This document shows, piece by piece, positions 25,488 through 34,933 of a DNA stretch of 52,950 nt (position 1 is its first letter; every line of letters starts with the position of its first letter). Source of the DNA: Patescibacteria group bacterium (GTDB taxonomy: Bacteria > Patescibacteriota > Minisyncoccia > Minisyncoccales > UBA5738); NCBI GenBank assembly GCA_022710775.1, contig JAKLGH010000007.1:9184-62133 (forward strand). Direction: 5' to 3'. The position numbers and the translations under genes were made by a program. The notes beneath the pieces were generated by a model, which was not told where the DNA came from, ran no database searches, and saw only the letters and a program-made list of their open reading frames with translations.

Positions 25488-27278
25488 ATGGGTCTTTTCT
25501 CTTCCAAAAAAAAGCAAAAAAAACAGGATTTAGGCCAAAGCCTCGAGATCAACACGATCAATATCAAGGATATCATCGCGCCTTCTTCGATCGCTTTGTC
25601 CAGCGAATATCTTAAGCTGGGGGAAAAATTCGGAAAATCCTTCTTTATTTTTTCTTATCCGCGCTATTTGACGACGGGGTGGTTTGCGCCGATCATCAAT
25701 CTGGAAAGCCCGATGGATATTTCTTTCCATATCCATCCGATCGAGACAGGAACAACGTTGAAACAGCTGCGGAAAAAGCTCACTGAAGTGCAAGCCGAGC
25801 TGATGGAAAGGGAAGAAAAGGGGTTGGTGCGCGATCCCGCGCTGGAAATCGCTTACCAGGACCTTGAATCCCTCCGCGACAAGCTCCAAACCTCCCAAGA
25901 GCGCATGTTCAAGCTTGGAATATACCTTACGGTTTATGAAAATTCCTTGGAAAAATTGAAATCCGTTGAAACGACCCTCCGGTCGATACTTGAATCGAAA
26001 TTAATATATATCAAGCCGTCTCTTTACCAGCAAAAGGAGGGATTCACTTCAACCTGCCCTTACGGTTTAGACGAGATCAATGCGCATACTCCGATGAATA
26101 CCGGACCGCTTTCTTCAACTTTCCCCTTCATCTCCTTTGATTTAAGCGCCAACGACGGCATCCTCTACGGCGTGAACCTCCACAATAATTCTTTGATCCT
26201 GTTTGACCGGTTCAGCCTTGAAAACGCCAACAGCGTGATCTTCGCCAAATCCGGCGCCGGTAAGAGTTACGCCATCAAGCTGGAAGTCCTGCGCTCCATG
26301 ATGATGGGAGTTGAATCGATCATCGTCGATCCGGAAAACGAATACCGGGCCCTCGCGGAAGCGGCCGGAGGTTCATTCATCAACATCTCCCTTACGTCGC
26401 CAAACCATATCAATCCGTTCGATTTGCCGATCCCGCGAGACGACGAGGATCCGGAAAACGTGTTGCGCAGCAATATTATCAACCTGGTTGGCCTTGTCCG
26501 GATCATTTTAGGGGGCTTGTCGCCCGAGGAAGACGCGATCATCGACCGGGCCCTCACGGAAGTTTACGCCGCCAAAGACATCACGCCGGAAACCGACCCC
26601 AGCCTCTGGAAAGAAAGAACGCCGTTGATGCAAGATCTGGAAGCCGTGCTTGAAGGCATGGAAGGAACGGAATCGCTTGTAAGGAGAATCAGAAAATTCA
26701 CCAAGGGAACGTACGCGCAATTTTTCAACCAGCCAAGCAATATCTCAATGGATAAGCTGATGGTGGTTTTCGGCATCCGCGACATGGAGAACGAGTTGCG
26801 TACGGCAGCAATGTTTATTATTATGCGCCATATCTGGAACAAAGTAAGGATGACTTTGAAAAAAAGAATCTTGGTGGTCGACGAGGCTTGGTGGCTTATG
26901 CAAACCGAAGATGGAGCGTCTTTCCTGTACGGTCTTTGCAAAAGGGCCAGAAAATACTGGCTTGGCGTTACCACCATCACGCAAGACGTTGGCGATTTCA
27001 TGAAATCAACTTATGGCCAGCCGATTATTACCAACTCATCGATACAGTTTTTAATGAAGCAATCTCCGGCAACGATCGATATCCTCCAAAAAACTTTTAA
27101 CCTTACCGAAGGAGAAAAAAATCTTTTGCTCGAAGCCGAAGTGGGGGAGGGGCTTTTCTTTGCCGGCCAGAAACACGTTGCCATAAAAGGAATCGCTTCC
27201 TACGTGGAAGATCAAATCATCACCACCAGCCCCGAAGAGATCCAAAAGATCAAAAAGGCAAAAAGCGGCAACGAATGA
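25488..27278 (+). CDS. virB4: VirB4/TraC-family ATPase, main fragment (596 aa)
   Basis: Walker A FAKSGAGKSYAI and Walker B ILVVDEAWW, plus the VirB4 N-domain motif KFGKSFFIFSYPRYLTTGWFAPIIN. It is in a different reading frame from the upstream fragment. The two frames overlap over only about 5 nt around 25455. Confidence 0.85.
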   Translation: MGLFSSKKKQKKQDLGQSLEINTINIKDIIAPSSIALSSEYLKLGEKFGKSFFIFSYPRYLTTGWFAPIINLESPMDISFHIHPIETGTTLKQLRKKLTEVQAELMEREEKGLVRDPALEIAYQDLESLRDKLQTSQERMFKLGIYLTVYENSLEKLKSVETTLRSILESKLIYIKPSLYQQKEGFTSTCPYGLDEINAHTPMNTGPLSSTFPFISFDLSANDGILYGVNLHNNSLILFDRFSLENANSVIFAKSGAGKSYAIKLEVLRSMMMGVESIIVDPENEYRALAEAAGGSFINISLTSPNHINPFDLPIPRDDEDPENVLRSNIINLVGLVRIILGGLSPEEDAIIDRALTEVYAAKDITPETDPSLWKERTPLMQDLEAVLEGMEGTESLVRRIRKFTKGTYAQFFNQPSNISMDKLMVVFGIRDMENELRTAAMFIIMRHIWNKVRMTLKKRILVVDEAWWLMQTEDGASFLYGLCKRARKYWLGVTTITQDVGDFMKSTYGQPIITNSSIQFLMKQSPATIDILQKTFNLTEGEKNLLLEAEVGEGLFFAGQKHVAIKGIASYVEDQIITTSPEEIQKIKKAKSGNE

Positions 27279-27330
27279 TCTTGTTACCGCCCTTCAAAAC
27301 AGGATTTCGAACCAAAATATTACGGAAACA

Positions 27331-27356
27331 AAAAACGGGCAGTGCCCGTTTTTTTT
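27331..27356. terminator. Bidirectional terminator between convergent virB4 and jag (AAAAACGGGC-agt-GCCCGTTTTTTTT)
   Basis: Read directly. Confidence 0.7.
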
Positions 27357-27369
27357 GATCTTTTTTAGG

Positions 27370-27843
27370 CTATGCCGCCGGCCTCACTATCACTTTTCTT
27401 CTTGGCTCTTCCCCGACGCTGGCCGTCCTTATGTCCTGGCGTTGCGACAGCTCGACATGCACGATCCGTCTCTCATAAGGAGTCATTGGCGGCAGCAATT
27501 TTTCGCGGCGGCTTAATGACACCTCGTCAGCCGTCGACTTTGCCAGCTCCCTTAAATATTCCGCTTTCTTTTTTTTATAATTATTGATATCCAGATCAAC
27601 ATAGACGGTATCCGATATTTGGCGCTTCAGTACGATCTTTAAAAGATGCTGGATCTCGAAAAGAGTTTCCCCGTTCTGGCCGATCAAAGTCTGCGGCTCT
27701 TCCAGCTTTAACTCAACCGGAATCGTTGATTCTTTAACCGGCAAAACGTCCACCTTGGCTTCAAAGCCTAATTTTTGGAAAAACTCCTCAACCGTTTTCT
27801 TGATTTTTTTCGAATCGGTTTTGTTCATCATATTTTTTTGCAA
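27370..27843 (-). CDS. jag: Jag/KhpB RNA-binding protein (KH plus R3H domains)
   Basis: Domain order, and its position downstream of yidC in the conserved rpmH-rnpA-yidC-jag cluster. Confidence 0.8.
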   Translation of the reverse strand: MQKNMMNKTDSKKIKKTVEEFFQKLGFEAKVDVLPVKESTIPVELKLEEPQTLIGQNGETLFEIQHLLKIVLKRQISDTVYVDLDINNYKKKKAEYLRELAKSTADEVSLSRREKLLPPMTPYERRIVHVELSQRQDIRTASVGEEPRRKVIVRPAA

Positions 27844-27883
27844 TTAATAAAGATAAAAAAGAATAACCGCTTCTTTTGACAGC

Positions 27884-28627
27884 CTATACCCGGCTTACTG
27901 ACGCCCCAAGCTTGGCCGAAACCAAGCTTCTCAAAACCAAATATTGCTGGGCAATGGAAAAAACGCTTGATGTAATCCAATAAAGGCTAAGTGCGGACGG
28001 CAGTTTCCAAAAAATAAATACCGTAACAGCGGGAAAAAAGTAAAGCATATACTTCTGCATTTGGCTTTGCATCTCTTCCATCATGTCGGTTTCTCCGCCG
28101 TTGCGCGTAGCGCGGGGAGTCAGATCGGTGACCATTTTTGTCTGGAAGTATTGCAAAACACCGGCAATAATAGCCATAAATAAACTTCCTTTAGCCAAGT
28201 CAAAGCCAAAAAAATTGGAATCAATCATTCCGGGATTGGAAACCGAAGGATACAGTTTGGTTAATATTTCAGGGGTGATGCCGTAAAAAAATACGTAATA
28301 CAGCCCGATCATTATCGGAACCTGGATCAAAATCAGCAAAACTCCTTTTAACGGATTTAGCTTGTTCTCTTTGAAAAGATCCATCGTTAAAAGCGTCTGC
28401 TTTTCCTTGTCGTTCTTATATTTATTCTTGATCTCTTTGATCTTTGGCTGAAGATCGGATGTGATCTTTTGGATCCGGATAGATTCGGACGCCAAAGGAT
28501 AGAGCAAAAGCCTGATCAAAACAGTCAGCACGATAACCGCCAGGCCAAAACTATGGCTAGGCAGGTAATTATAAATGATGATCAGCGCGTTCAGCAGCGG
28601 CTGATAAAAGATTTGAAAGAAATTCAT
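27884..28627 (-). CDS. yidC: Membrane protein insertase YidC (short Gram-positive/CPR form, 247 aa)
   Basis: Multi-TM protein with the conserved YidC/Oxa1 core, in its canonical cluster position. Confidence 0.85.
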   Translation of the reverse strand: MNFFQIFYQPLLNALIIIYNYLPSHSFGLAVIVLTVLIRLLLYPLASESIRIQKITSDLQPKIKEIKNKYKNDKEKQTLLTMDLFKENKLNPLKGVLLILIQVPIMIGLYYVFFYGITPEILTKLYPSVSNPGMIDSNFFGFDLAKGSLFMAIIAGVLQYFQTKMVTDLTPRATRNGGETDMMEEMQSQMQKYMLYFFPAVTVFIFWKLPSALSLYWITSSVFSIAQQYLVLRSLVSAKLGASVSRV

Positions 28628-28977
28628 AGCTTGTCGCTCATAATTATTCCCGAACGCGCAAAACTCTTTTTCATGTCTTTTTCGATTCGCGGATAATCCA
28701 TTTTTTCCAATCCAGGCATGGCTATAAAGATCAAGTCATGACCGGGCTTAAGAAGGGGAAGGGCGGCTCTGGCTATTTCTCTCATCCGCCTTTTAATCAA
28801 ATTGCGGCCGACTGCGGTTTTGGAAACGCGCTTAGACACCACAAAACAAAAACGAACAGTTTCCAGCCGGCTCTTGGCTGTTTTTAATACCAAGAACCCT
28901 TCTTTAACGCTTTTCCCCCGCAAAAAAACGCCGTCAATCTCTTTTTTTTTACACAGACGGTTGATTTTTGGGAGCAT
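28624..28977 (-). CDS. rnpA: Ribonuclease P protein component
   Basis: RnpA-like sequence (…RLKKKEIDGVFLRGKS…FVVSKRVSKTAVGRNLIKRRMRE…). Located between rpmH and yidC. Confidence 0.85.
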   Translation of the reverse strand: MLPKINRLCKKKEIDGVFLRGKSVKEGFLVLKTAKSRLETVRFCFVVSKRVSKTAVGRNLIKRRMREIARAALPLLKPGHDLIFIAMPGLEKMDYPRIEKDMKKSFARSGIIMSDKL

Positions 28978-28980
28978 GGG

Positions 28981-29115
28981 TTAAGCTGAAAGCCGTTTTC
29001 TGCCTTTGGCGCGCCGCGCCTTTATAACTCTTTTGCCGCCGGTTGTTCGAGTTCTTTTCAGAAAACCATGGGTTTTTCTCCTTTTTTTCTTTTTTGGCTG
29101 GTATGTTGTGCTCAT
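28981..29115 (-). CDS. rpmH: 50S ribosomal protein L34 (44 aa). It is absent from the ORF track because it is under 60 aa.
   Basis: Hand translation of the minus strand gives [44 protein letters not shown], a canonical L34. Confidence 0.85.
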   Translation of the reverse strand: MSTTYQPKKKKRRKTHGFLKRTRTTGGKRVIKARRAKGRKRLSA

Positions 29116-29921
29116 ATTATGGTTGTGTCGCGGCTAATTTTAAGCCGAAATTAATAGATTGCCTGGGAGCGGCGCGTTCTTTTTATTTTTTCGCTCCCAA
29201 TCAAAATTTTTAAAACTTTCTTGTTTTTTTAGGAACAAGAAAAACAAATATTATTTTGCTTTCGGACCACAAAATAATAAGTTTATTGTACATTTTTTTA
29301 GGATTTTGTAAACGCTGGCCCCGGAATTCCCGGAAATTCCGGGCGTTTCCCCGGTTATCCCCTCAAATATGCGCCTTTTCCACTGTTTTTCCACACTATT
29401 TAACGCTCTGGATATATTCTCTGCCGTTCAAATATCGCCTTTTGGATTTTTGCCGGCCGTTTTTCTTGCAATTTTAATTGTTTTTGACTATTTTAAATTT
29501 ATGATACTATGAGTTATAGCAAAATTCCCGACGGCCCGTTGTTCGGGAATTTTAGGGCCAAAAAATAAACTACCCCGGGGCAGAGCCCCGAGGTATTCCT
29601 ACCGCTCCGCTATCGCTTCGCGGATAGGAAAAGTATGTTTTTCCTCCGCTTCGCTCCGGGCTGACATTCATCCCCGCGGCAAAGCCGACGGGGTATTCTG
29701 TCAGATTAATAAAAAAGGCCTTTTGTCTTTTTGTGCTGTTTTTCCCGCTTTCATTAAGCTCGGTGCGCAAGACAGTCGACACGACCATAATCTATCCAAG
29801 CCTCTTTTTCGAATACTGGCTGTTCGAAAAGGTTTAAAACATCTACTGCCTATCTCCGCGAAACGCGAAGAATTTTACCTCGTTTCAAGGTATTAAGCGC
29901 GAAAGGCAACAATTTCCCATC
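29116..29921. promoter_or_regulatory. Putative oriC part 1 (rpmH-dnaA intergenic)
   Basis: Tandem DnaA-box-like sites TTTTCCACT (29365-29373) and TTTTCCACA (29376-29384), plus TTATCCCCT at about 29352. AT-rich tracts at 29170-29300. CCCCGGAAT(T) palindromic motifs at 29306-29345. Position between rpmH and dnaA. Confidence 0.55.
29563..29735 (+). ncRNA. Candidate structured small RNA or element inside the oriC region. It begins with the motif AAATAAACTAC-CCGGGGCAGAGCCCCG-GGTATTC (also present at 1308-1347). It contains a 9-bp bulged hairpin (CCCCGCGGC-aaa-GCCGaCGGGG) and ends in a terminator-like AAAAAAGGCCTTTTGTCTTTTTG.
   Basis: Read directly. Strand and RNA status are inferred only. Confidence 0.35.
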
Positions 29922-31286
29922 ATGACAAACGAAGAAGTTTGGCAAGCAGTCTTGGCCCAAATACAATTAACGGTCTCTCCGGCTAATTTCACCACTTGGT
30001 TCAAATCAACCAATATTGTTTCGATTAATGAAGGCGGAGTCGTAATATCGGTATCCAATTCGTTTGTCAAAGAATGGCTGGAACAAAAATACCAAAAACA
30101 GATCCTTAAAATTCTGCACACCATCAACGAAGATATCCGGGAAATCATTTTTTTGGTAAAAAAAGACGCGGTTAAAATCCAAAAAGATCCGGTTGTTGTC
30201 AGCGCCAAAAACAACACTCGGCTTGAGGGAGTGGGGCAGCTTGGCTTTGAAGAATTTAAAATAAGCAAAGAAAGCAATTTAAACCCAAAATATTGTTTTG
30301 ATAATTTTATCGTCGGGCCATATAATGAACTGGCCCACGCCGCTTCTTGGGCGGTGGCAAAAAACCCTGGTACGGCATACAACCCGTTGTTTATCTACGG
30401 CGGAGTCGGGCTTGGAAAAACCCACTTGCTACAGGCGGCAGGCAACGAGATTGCGAATAAATATCCGGACAAGAAAGTAAAATATATCCCGACCGAAAAA
30501 TTCACTTCCGAAATCATTTCGTCGATCAAGAACGGAGAAATGGAAAGCTTGAAGGCAAAATACCATGATATTTCCGTCTTGATCATCGACGATATCCAAT
30601 TTCTGGCCAATAAAGAAAAAACCCAAGAAGAGTTTTTTCATATTTTTAACAGCCTCTACAACAAAAATAAGCAGATCATTCTTTCCTCCGACCGCGCCCC
30701 GAAAGCCATACCGGCCCTAACCGAACGTTTGCGCTCCCGATTCGAAGGGGGAATGATAGCCGATGTCAGCCTGCCGGACTATGAAACAAGGCTGGCCATT
30801 CTTAAAGCCAAATGCCAGCAAATGTCCTTAAATTTCCCGGATGACGTCCTTTCTTTTATCGCTTCCAACGTCCAAAGCAACATTAGGGAGCTTGAAGGCG
30901 CTTTAACCAAGCTGGCCGCCCACGTAAAATTCCAAAACGTATCCCCCGACACTGAAATATGCAAGGCGGTTTTATTATCGCTTACTCCGAAGAAAGTAAT
31001 TAGCTTGAAAAAAGTAATTCAAGGCGTGACCGAATTTTACGATTTAAAAGAAAAAGACCTGATGTCCTCTTCAAGAAAGAAAGAAATCGTAAAGCCGCGC
31101 CAGGTAATCATGTATCTGTTAAGAGAAGAGCTAAAAGCGTCTTTTCCGTTCATCGGAAGGAAGCTGGGCGATAAAGACCATACTACCGTTATACATGCTT
31201 ACAAAAAAATTGCTTCCGAAATAAAACTTAACGAGGGGTTGCAGGAAGAGATAAACCTTTTAAAACAAAAAATTTATAATTCCTGA
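29922..31286 (+). CDS. dnaA: Chromosomal replication initiator DnaA
   Basis: AAA+ Walker A (GGVGLGKTHLLQA), sensor motifs, and a C-terminal DnaA-box-binding domain. Confidence 0.95.
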   Translation: MTNEEVWQAVLAQIQLTVSPANFTTWFKSTNIVSINEGGVVISVSNSFVKEWLEQKYQKQILKILHTINEDIREIIFLVKKDAVKIQKDPVVVSAKNNTRLEGVGQLGFEEFKISKESNLNPKYCFDNFIVGPYNELAHAASWAVAKNPGTAYNPLFIYGGVGLGKTHLLQAAGNEIANKYPDKKVKYIPTEKFTSEIISSIKNGEMESLKAKYHDISVLIIDDIQFLANKEKTQEEFFHIFNSLYNKNKQIILSSDRAPKAIPALTERLRSRFEGGMIADVSLPDYETRLAILKAKCQQMSLNFPDDVLSFIASNVQSNIRELEGALTKLAAHVKFQNVSPDTEICKAVLLSLTPKKVISLKKVIQGVTEFYDLKEKDLMSSSRKKEIVKPRQVIMYLLREELKASFPFIGRKLGDKDHTTVIHAYKKIASEIKLNEGLQEEINLLKQKIYNS

Positions 31287-31640
31287 GTTTTCAAACGAGC
31301 TTTGGTTTTGCTTTTTTCGCCGAAATTACAAAAACCACAAAACGTTTCAAATATTCGGCAATTGTTTAAAAGAGGTGGAAAACCAAGTGAAAAAGTCAAT
31401 AATTGGTTGAGCGTAGCTGGTTGATAAAATCACCCTTTATTGCCCGGCCCAATCATTCCTCTAACCATCCACAACAAATTATCATCCCTTATCCCCATTT
31501 ATTCCTACCGCGTTTGAATTCAAACCAACGGTTTTCCACAGCGCTAATAATAGTAATAATAAATAAAAATATTAAAAATTTAAAAAATAATATTATTAAA
31601 GAGGGTGAGGGTAAACTTTAAAAAACCGCCCAAACATTAA
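31287..31640. promoter_or_regulatory. Putative oriC part 2 / DNA-unwinding element (dnaA-dnaN intergenic)
   Basis: DnaA-box-like TTATCCCCA (31489-31497) and TTTTCCACA (31532-31540), followed by a 70-nt stretch that is over 90% A+T (31545-31615). Confidence 0.5.
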
Positions 31641-32774
31641 ATGAAAGTAACTATTTTGCAAGAAAAACTAAAAGAAGGGCTGATGAATGTTGAGAAAGTA
31701 ACGGGAAAGGAATCAACTTTGCCGATTTTAAACAACGTTTTAATGAAAACGGATAAAAATTTCCTTGATCTTGTGGCCACCAATTTAGAAACAGGAATTT
31801 TATGGAAAATCCTGTCCAAAACCGAACAAGAGGGGGTCGCTGTTCTTCCGGCCGGGGTTTTTTCTGGTTTTATCGGCTCCTTGCCCGGCAAGTCGATCGA
31901 AATAGATTCGGATAATTCTCAAATTACGGTTTTAAGCGAAAAGCATAAATCGGTTTTTAAGGGATTTAATGCGGAGGATTTTCCAACCTTGCCGTTTAAT
32001 ACCGAGGGTGAATCTGTAGAAGTTAAGGCTGGCGCTTTTTGTGAAATGCTGAGCCAGGTGGCTAATTTTGCCAGCATTTCAACCATTAAACCGGAAATTG
32101 CCGGAGTCTATCTTGTTTTTAAGAAAGACCTGATAAAGGCTGTTGCTACCGATGGTTTCCGGCTGGGCGAAAAGACGATATATCTGGCTAAAAAACAGGA
32201 ACTGTCTAAAGATTATTCCTTGATTTTACCGCAACGCGCCGTAAAAGAGATTGTAGGCGTTTTTTCCGGGCATGACAAAAACATTAAAATCTATTTTTCG
32301 CCAAACCAAATAACCGTTGAGTCTGTTTCCGGCGATATGGATTTTCCTCAAATCCAATACGTATCAAGGTTGATTGAGGGGGAATTTCCGAATTACGAAG
32401 AGATTATCCCCAAGGCGTATAAAACAACCGCTGTTTTTCCAAGGAAGGAGTTTTTAGGCAACGTTAAATCAGCAAGCTTGTTCAGCGGAAAAATCAATGA
32501 AATTAATTTAAGGATATCGATAGAAGAATCAAAGGCAGAAATATTCAGCCAAACAACCGAGCTGGGGGAATGTCAAAGCGAGATTAAATTATCGAAGGCC
32601 GAGGGCAATGATCTGAAAATATCGTTTAATTACAAGTTTTTGATCGATGGTTTGAGCGCGATCAAAAGCGATAATTGCGCCTTTGATTTTTCCGGAGAAG
32701 ATAGCGCCGGCGTGTTGAAGCCGGAAGGAGACGGAACTTTTATATATATTTTGATGCCGATCAAAAAAAATTAG
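31641..32774 (+). CDS. dnaN: DNA polymerase III beta sliding clamp
   Basis: Three-domain clamp of 377 aa, in the canonical position after dnaA. Confidence 0.9.
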   Translation: MKVTILQEKLKEGLMNVEKVTGKESTLPILNNVLMKTDKNFLDLVATNLETGILWKILSKTEQEGVAVLPAGVFSGFIGSLPGKSIEIDSDNSQITVLSEKHKSVFKGFNAEDFPTLPFNTEGESVEVKAGAFCEMLSQVANFASISTIKPEIAGVYLVFKKDLIKAVATDGFRLGEKTIYLAKKQELSKDYSLILPQRAVKEIVGVFSGHDKNIKIYFSPNQITVESVSGDMDFPQIQYVSRLIEGEFPNYEEIIPKAYKTTAVFPRKEFLGNVKSASLFSGKINEINLRISIEESKAEIFSQTTELGECQSEIKLSKAEGNDLKISFNYKFLIDGLSAIKSDNCAFDFSGEDSAGVLKPEGDGTFIYILMPIKKN

Positions 32775-32782
32775 TTTCTGTG

Positions 32783-32813
32783 AAAAAAAAGGGGGGGCAC
32801 CCCCCTTTTTTTT
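32783..32813. terminator. Bidirectional terminator between dnaN and the PBP gene (A8-G7-ca-C6-T8 perfect hairpin)
   Basis: Read directly: aaaaaaaagggggggcaccccccttttttttt. Confidence 0.8.
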
Positions 32814-32827
32814 GCGGCTGCGTGCTT

Positions 32828-34771
32828 TCAATTTGGCGCGGCAAAAGCTTCTTTTCCGTATTTGGGGAGTATTTTATTCATAAAAGAGCGGAATATCGGC
32901 CCGGCAACCACAACGCCGGGCTCTTTTTTTAATGGCGCGTTGTTGTTGTTTCCAGCCCAGATGCCGACAACGATCTGCGGGGTATAACCCATAACCCAGC
33001 CATCTTTGTAGTCGCTGGTTGTTCCGGTTTTTGCCGCCACCTGGTAGTTGGGAAAATAAATCGGGGAATTATAACCAAAGATCGGGGCTCTTGCGTTGTT
33101 GTCAGAAAGAATGCTGTTGACCATATAGGCGCTTCGGGAGCTTAACACTCTTCGCGGCGTTTTGCTATTTTCGTAAACTAAGTTGCCGTTGTTGTCGGTT
33201 ATTTTTAATATTGATACGACCGGCATTCTCATTCCGTTTGCCGCAAACACGCCGTAAGCGTTGACCATGTCGATCAGCTTTACTTCGCCGCCACCCAAAA
33301 CCAGCGACAAGCCGTAAAAAGTTGAAGGATTGTGCAGGGTTGTGATACCCATGTCGGTTGCCTTGTCGATGCTTTTTTGGAGACCGGCAAGCGAGTTCAG
33401 GACTTTTACCGCCGGAACGTTTAAGGAGCAGCCGAGAGCTTGTCTTAAGGTGATCGGGCCGCGATAACTTAAATCAAAATTCTTCGGGCAATATTCTTTT
33501 CCGCCCCAAACGCCGAAACACGTTGGCTCATCAACCACTACCGTAGTATCGCTGTAGCCGTTTTCGAAGGCTGTGGCGTAAACAAAGGGCTTAAATGACG
33601 ATCCTGGCTGCCTTCCCGGGTTTTCAACAGCCACGTTGTATTGCGGGTCGAACAGGCAATTGACTCCGGGCGTGCAATCTTTTGGATAAGGTTCGTCGTA
33701 GTAATTCCCGCTGCCCAAGGTCATTGCCAGGATTTCCCCGGTTTTCGGATCGGACGCAACCAGGGCGGCATTATGGGCGTAGTAGGCGTAATTTCTTTTA
33801 ACGCCGGTCCTCACTTCTTCTTCCGCCGCCATTTGGAGTTCCCAGTCAAGGGTTGTGTAGATGGTTAATCCGCTTTTTTCCAAAGCTTCCTTTCCATATT
33901 GTTCCTCAAGCTGTTGTTTGACCCAAAGGGTGAAATAAGGCGCCTTAAACTCATTTTTTCTCTCAACGAATTTTATTTCTATCCCTTTAGCCGTTTCTGC
34001 TTCTTCTTTCGATAAATAACCGGTTTCCGCCATCCGGTCGAGGATGTAATTTTTTCTGACAAAAAGATCTTCCTTGTGGCTGGCATAATAACTAGGCGAT
34101 TGGATGAAGGCGATTAGCGTGGCTGCTTCTCCAAGGTTTACTTCTTTTGTCGGCTTATTGAAATAAGTTTGGCTGGCCGCCCCAACTCCATATGCGTTTT
34201 GGCCGAACGGAACTTGGTTTAAATACCATTCCAATATTTGATCTTTGGAATAGCGGCGATCCAGTTCGATGGCCATTACCACTTCCCGTATTTTTCTTTC
34301 CCCGGTTTTTTCGTTTGTTAAAAAGGTTGAACGAATAAGCTGCTGGGGTATCGTTGATCCTCCGACCGAGGCTTTTTTAATCTTAAGATCCATCCAAATG
34401 GCCCGAAGTATACCTCTCGGATCGATTCCGAAATGCTTGTAAAAGTTGGCGTCTTCCGTTGCAACCGCCATTTGCTTAAGGTAGGTTGGCATCGCGTCGA
34501 GCGGCACCCAGCTTCTTTTCTCTTCGCCATATATTTCGTAAAGAAGGATCTGGCCGGTCCGGTCGTATATTTTAGTTGATTGAACCAGGTTTTTTTCGGT
34601 GAATTTTTCCGGTCTCGGCATATCTTTAGTGTAATAAATAAACAAAATGCCGACAGTTACCGCGCCTAAAAGAAACAGCACGGCCAGAAAGCCGAATATT
34701 TTAATAAAAAAAGACGATACCCTGGAAAAAAATCTTTTCTCTTTGGTTTTTTTATTGTAATCTTTTGACAT
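32828..34771 (-). CDS. Class A penicillin-binding protein (glycosyltransferase plus transpeptidase)
   Basis: N-terminal TM helix, GT51 motifs (TEDANFYKHFGIDPRG; GGSTIPQQL), and transpeptidase SxxK / SxN / KTG motifs (KTGTTSD). Confidence 0.9.
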   Translation of the reverse strand: MSKDYNKKTKEKRFFSRVSSFFIKIFGFLAVLFLLGAVTVGILFIYYTKDMPRPEKFTEKNLVQSTKIYDRTGQILLYEIYGEEKRSWVPLDAMPTYLKQMAVATEDANFYKHFGIDPRGILRAIWMDLKIKKASVGGSTIPQQLIRSTFLTNEKTGERKIREVVMAIELDRRYSKDQILEWYLNQVPFGQNAYGVGAASQTYFNKPTKEVNLGEAATLIAFIQSPSYYASHKEDLFVRKNYILDRMAETGYLSKEEAETAKGIEIKFVERKNEFKAPYFTLWVKQQLEEQYGKEALEKSGLTIYTTLDWELQMAAEEEVRTGVKRNYAYYAHNAALVASDPKTGEILAMTLGSGNYYDEPYPKDCTPGVNCLFDPQYNVAVENPGRQPGSSFKPFVYATAFENGYSDTTVVVDEPTCFGVWGGKEYCPKNFDLSYRGPITLRQALGCSLNVPAVKVLNSLAGLQKSIDKATDMGITTLHNPSTFYGLSLVLGGGEVKLIDMVNAYGVFAANGMRMPVVSILKITDNNGNLVYENSKTPRRVLSSRSAYMVNSILSDNNARAPIFGYNSPIYFPNYQVAAKTGTTSDYKDGWVMGYTPQIVVGIWAGNNNNAPLKKEPGVVVAGPIFRSFMNKILPKYGKEAFAAPN

Positions 34772-34933
34772 TTTCTCCTTTTTTGATAATTTAGCTGATA
34801 AGGCTTTTAAGGGGTTGAAGCGGGAATGGGGGATTTATCCCCAATTTATCCACATCATGCCCATATATTATTTATATATTATTTTCCGTTTTGTTCCAAA
34901 AGAAGCTTAGCTTAACAAAGGATGTTTATTTAT

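Noticed and set aside
29570-29788. 72-aa minus-strand ORF in the oriC region
   Set aside because: It lies entirely within the structured element/terminator region and has no supporting signals.
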